NCBI GenBank assembly: GCA_018238155.1
Contig: JABCTZ010000026.1
Span: 64,001-128,000, forward strand
From: Candidatus Heimdallarchaeota archaeon
Lineage (GTDB): Archaea; Asgardarchaeota; Heimdallarchaeia; JABLTI01
DNA: 64,000 nt
Direction: 5' to 3'
Each line of letters starts with the position of its first letter. The first letter of the stretch is position 1. The position numbers and the translations under genes were made by a program. The notes below the pieces were generated by a model, which was not told the DNA's origin, did no database searches, and saw nothing but the letters and a program-made list of their open reading frames with translations. Of the stretch, positions 60,944 through 64,000 are shown in pieces.

Positions 60944-62398
60944 TTATCCAATTGAATCTTTTTTGATAATGGACGAGTTTTCAACAGAAAAAGAGTTTTT
61001 TTCTGTTGGATAATCTGACCGTGTAAGTCCTTTTTTAGAAGAATAAATCATTCCAAGTATCATTACAACTGACATGAAAATTGCTGCTGTGAGAATGATG
61101 TACTTTGGTGAGACAAAATCTGCAATAAGCGCAACAATTCCCATGCCTGTTAGTCTTGCAATTCCTTGTAAGAGTTGTTGAGCTCCAAATACCCGACCTT
61201 GTTTTTCATATGGTATCTGTTCTTGAATCAAAGTAGGTGCCGGTATATTTATGCATACGATTCCAATGCCGAACAACATTAAAATAATAACCATCAACCA
61301 CACAACCCTAACAAATGCAAATAAGAATAACACTCCGGAGAGACCTGCAAGAGTAATATTTAACATCAAAATTTTTCTGTTTATTTTGCCAATGCGCATA
61401 AATATTATTGCAGTCACTATTCCTGAGACCCCCATAGCTGCTTGGAGGTACCCATACCAAGATTCATCTAAACCCATTTCGCCTTGTAGGACTACAATAA
61501 AAAGGACATTAAATGTTGCAAAAGAGAAAATTGCAGAAGCAAAAACTACTAACATATAGGCAATTTTAGGTGTTTCTTTTATTGTTCTGTAACCAACATT
61601 AATATCATCTATGATACTCTTGATCTGTCTGCTAAATCCGACTTCATCCTCAGGTCGTTCAACTTTTGGTGTTTTCGTTCCAAATTTCAATAATAATACA
61701 ATCATTGTAAGTGAAAAAGCAAAAGTCGAAGCATCAAAAATGAAGCTGCCTAAATAACTAACACTTGCAATAATACCTGCAAGAACATAACCAACTATTG
61801 TTGCAATCTGGTATACAGTTGTACCTATTGAATTTGCTACTAAGAGATTCTTCTTCTTAACAACTAATCGAGTATAAGCATTTCTTGCTGGAAAAAAGAA
61901 TGCTCCAGCTGTTGAATTAATAAATGTCAAAATAAACAAGGGCCATAAAATGTGAATATAGTTTAAAACGTGCACCTCAAGGATGTAGCCATAAGAGAAT
62001 TGTAAAAAGTGAACTTCCTCAACAATCAAATAATTTCTTAGTAGATAAATTACAACAAAACCAAGCGAAGCAAATAAGCTGATGAGATTTGACATAAGCA
62101 TTATTTTTCTTTGATCGAACCTATCTGTGTAAACTCCAGCTAAAGGTGTAAAGAGTACATATGGCAGCCAAAATGTTATCGATAACAAACCCATTAAAGT
62201 AACGTTTCCAGTTGCACCAAAAATGTAGAACTGTAATGCTAACCAAGCTACTGCTGCACCAATATTCTGTGAAAATTGTGCTGTAAAAAGCAATACATAT
62301 GGACCATTTTTCAAAACTTCAATAATCGAGGAAGATTCAGCACCATTCTGAGTATTAATCTCAGTTTCTTTATCTGACCCTTTCTCTGAACTAACCAA
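60944..62398 (-). CDS. MFS transporter (DHA3/macrolide efflux-like)
   Basis: GVYTDRFDQRK motif A, QGRVFG, about 12 TM. Confidence 0.9.
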   Translation of the reverse strand: MVSSEKGSDKETEINTQNGAESSSIIEVLKNGPYVLLFTAQFSQNIGAAVAWLALQFYIFGATGNVTLMGLLSITFWLPYVLFTPLAGVYTDRFDQRKIMLMSNLISLFASLGFVVIYLLRNYLIVEEVHFLQFSYGYILEVHVLNYIHILWPLFILTFINSTAGAFFFPARNAYTRLVVKKKNLLVANSIGTTVYQIATIVGYVLAGIIASVSYLGSFIFDASTFAFSLTMIVLLLKFGTKTPKVERPEDEVGFSRQIKSIIDDINVGYRTIKETPKIAYMLVVFASAIFSFATFNVLFIVVLQGEMGLDESWYGYLQAAMGVSGIVTAIIFMRIGKINRKILMLNITLAGLSGVLFLFAFVRVVWLMVIILMLFGIGIVCINIPAPTLIQEQIPYEKQGRVFGAQQLLQGIARLTGMGIVALIADFVSPKYIILTAAIFMSVVMILGMIYSSKKGLTRSDYPTEKNSFSVENSSIIKKDSIG

Positions 62399-62512
62399 AA
62401 TATTTTCACCGAAAGAAATAATACAAAATGCATATTGGATGTTAAAAAATGTTCTTTTAGCTACTACTCTAAGTAGTAAAAAAAGAACACAGGCAATAAA
62501 TTCACTCTTTGG

Positions 62513-63871
62513 TTATTTTTTGATCGCTATTTTTGACTGATACTCAGAATATATCTGCGAATAGTCTTTTTGCCAGCTATTGATTCCTTCGGGAGAAGTA
62601 GGATAATCTGCAGTCATTTGATTGATTTTTTCAATATAGTTTGGCAATAGATTAAATCGATGATTTGGTAATTGCGTCCAGATTTGTCCCAGTTTTCTTG
62701 AGAGTTGCATTAACTGTTCGTACTCTCGAGCGTAGAAAATTTTATCCATTGGTAAATAACCTTCCGCTAATGCGCGATTTAGTTCCGCATCAGGAATGTT
62801 TTGTAATAATATACGATAAAAATCCAAAATGCTATATCGTAGGCAATATTTCTCTAGAACTTTTTGATTATAGATCCAAAGATCCTCTTCAGAAACAGTT
62901 TGATCAGGAACTACTTTTGCAGCAATTTTTCCAGCAATGTAACCAGAAGCTAAAGATGCTCCGAGTCCACCACCATGTAAAGGATTTACAATCGCTCCTG
63001 CATCACCGATTAGAATAATATTGTCTTTTACATGAGTAGGTATTGGATGTCTTGTAGGAACAAATCCTCCTCCGAAGTTCAGTGTTTTACTAGATTGGAA
63101 CCTGTTTATCATATTTACTTGAAATATTTTTTTCGGAGAAATGTCTTTAATCCATGTTTTAGGTATTCCCGTCCCCATATTGTACTCATTTCCTCCTCTA
63201 TTGAAAAACCACATATACCCTCCTTTTGTAATATCATAACTAAATTCAAAGATAGCACTATCAGAGTATTTTTCTGGTACTTTCCCTTCAAGGGTGCAAA
63301 TTTCTCGATAGCAGTAATATTGTTCGTCATCTTTCACTTTAGCATATTCATCAAAAATTCCAAAATCTTCTCTGATTTTTGAATTGAAACCTGAACCATC
63401 AATAATTAATGGTGCTGATAAAATCAAAGGTTCTGCTTGATTAGTAGTAAATTTTGCTTCTACGACATTTCCTTTTCTCTCTATAGAGTTTAAAGTTGAT
63501 TTATCATATAATGTGATGTGCTCATTTATTGTTTCATTGAGAAGAATTTGACCAAATTTGTGCCGATCAATTATTGCTAATTGTCCTTGAATTGGAATTG
63601 AGAAATCAGTTTTGGTATCAGGGGAAATAATATGGGCCATCTGAATTACATTTCTAACTGCACCATTTTCTCTTAGAGGATAACCAAGGCTTTCTAAAAA
63701 TTCGATGTGTTTTATTCCAATGCCATCTCCACAAATTTTGCTCCCAATTTGGTTCTTTGCTTTTCTATCAACTAAAGCTATTTTCCCTAGACCTTCTTTT
63801 GCTGCGGCATAAGCAGCTAAACAACCGGCTGTTCCAGCACCCACAATAATAATATCAAATGAAGCTTTCAT
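62513..63871 (-). CDS. Geranylgeranyl reductase-family FAD-dependent oxidoreductase
   Basis: GAGTAG, KICGDG, GYMWFF, IGDAG...PLHGGG; likely start MKASFD. Confidence 0.88.
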   Translation of the reverse strand: MKASFDIIIVGAGTAGCLAAYAAAKEGLGKIALVDRKAKNQIGSKICGDGIGIKHIEFLESLGYPLRENGAVRNVIQMAHIISPDTKTDFSIPIQGQLAIIDRHKFGQILLNETINEHITLYDKSTLNSIERKGNVVEAKFTTNQAEPLILSAPLIIDGSGFNSKIREDFGIFDEYAKVKDDEQYYCYREICTLEGKVPEKYSDSAIFEFSYDITKGGYMWFFNRGGNEYNMGTGIPKTWIKDISPKKIFQVNMINRFQSSKTLNFGGGFVPTRHPIPTHVKDNIILIGDAGAIVNPLHGGGLGASLASGYIAGKIAAKVVPDQTVSEEDLWIYNQKVLEKYCLRYSILDFYRILLQNIPDAELNRALAEGYLPMDKIFYAREYEQLMQLSRKLGQIWTQLPNHRFNLLPNYIEKINQMTADYPTSPEGINSWQKDYSQIYSEYQSKIAIKK

Positions 63872-64000
63872 CAACAAATCCACCAATAAACTCTGTTTAG
63901 CAAGTATGGAAGCTATTGAAATAAAAATTTTACTTCTAATCATTAAGTAACTAATATATTATTCTAGTTTCTTATTAAATTATTAAGAGTAAAGATAAAA

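Noticed and set aside
413-63382. Numerous 60-180 aa ORFs antisense or out of frame within long genes (e.g. 9504-9815, 38192-38731, 44060-44506, 60312-60707)
   Set aside because: They are shadows of well-supported genes with no SD or family motifs; the periodicity of 60312-60707 simply mirrors the LRR repeats

Overview
AT-rich, gene-dense archaeal chromosomal segment. GGTGA/AGGAG Shine-Dalgarno motifs, T-tract terminators, DUF61, a geranylgeranyl-reductase-family enzyme, a membrane-anchored RING protein, a 23-aa LRR protein and a C-terminally anchored family-5 solute-binding protein together suggest an Asgard archaeon, probably Heimdallarchaeia (inference). Bases 1-20.4 kb are a surface-glycan locus with two parts. 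One is a legionaminic-acid-type nonulosonic acid pathway with two NeuB paralogs and an ElaABC-like epimerisation trio. The other is a CDP-linked C-methyl/O-methyl deoxysugar module that has lost its rfbG. The remainder holds metabolic, transport and repair genes, an orphan N6-adenine methyltransferase, an RDD-protein array and a feoB-X-feoC operon with a DtxR-like operator. Best candidates for something new: (i) a secreted protein with a caspase/CPD-like HG...C motif fused to a hydrophobic multi-TM tail, split by one in-frame TAG and followed by an orphan membrane gene (possible autoprocessing toxin/immunity pair); (ii) a roughly 385-bp diverged direct repeat, made of the 3' ends of two convergent genes, enclosing an orphan secreted-protein gene; (iii) a pervasive pattern of gene remnants and diverged 'shadow' fragments missed by the ORF track. 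I saw no rRNA, tRNA, CRISPR array or transposase.
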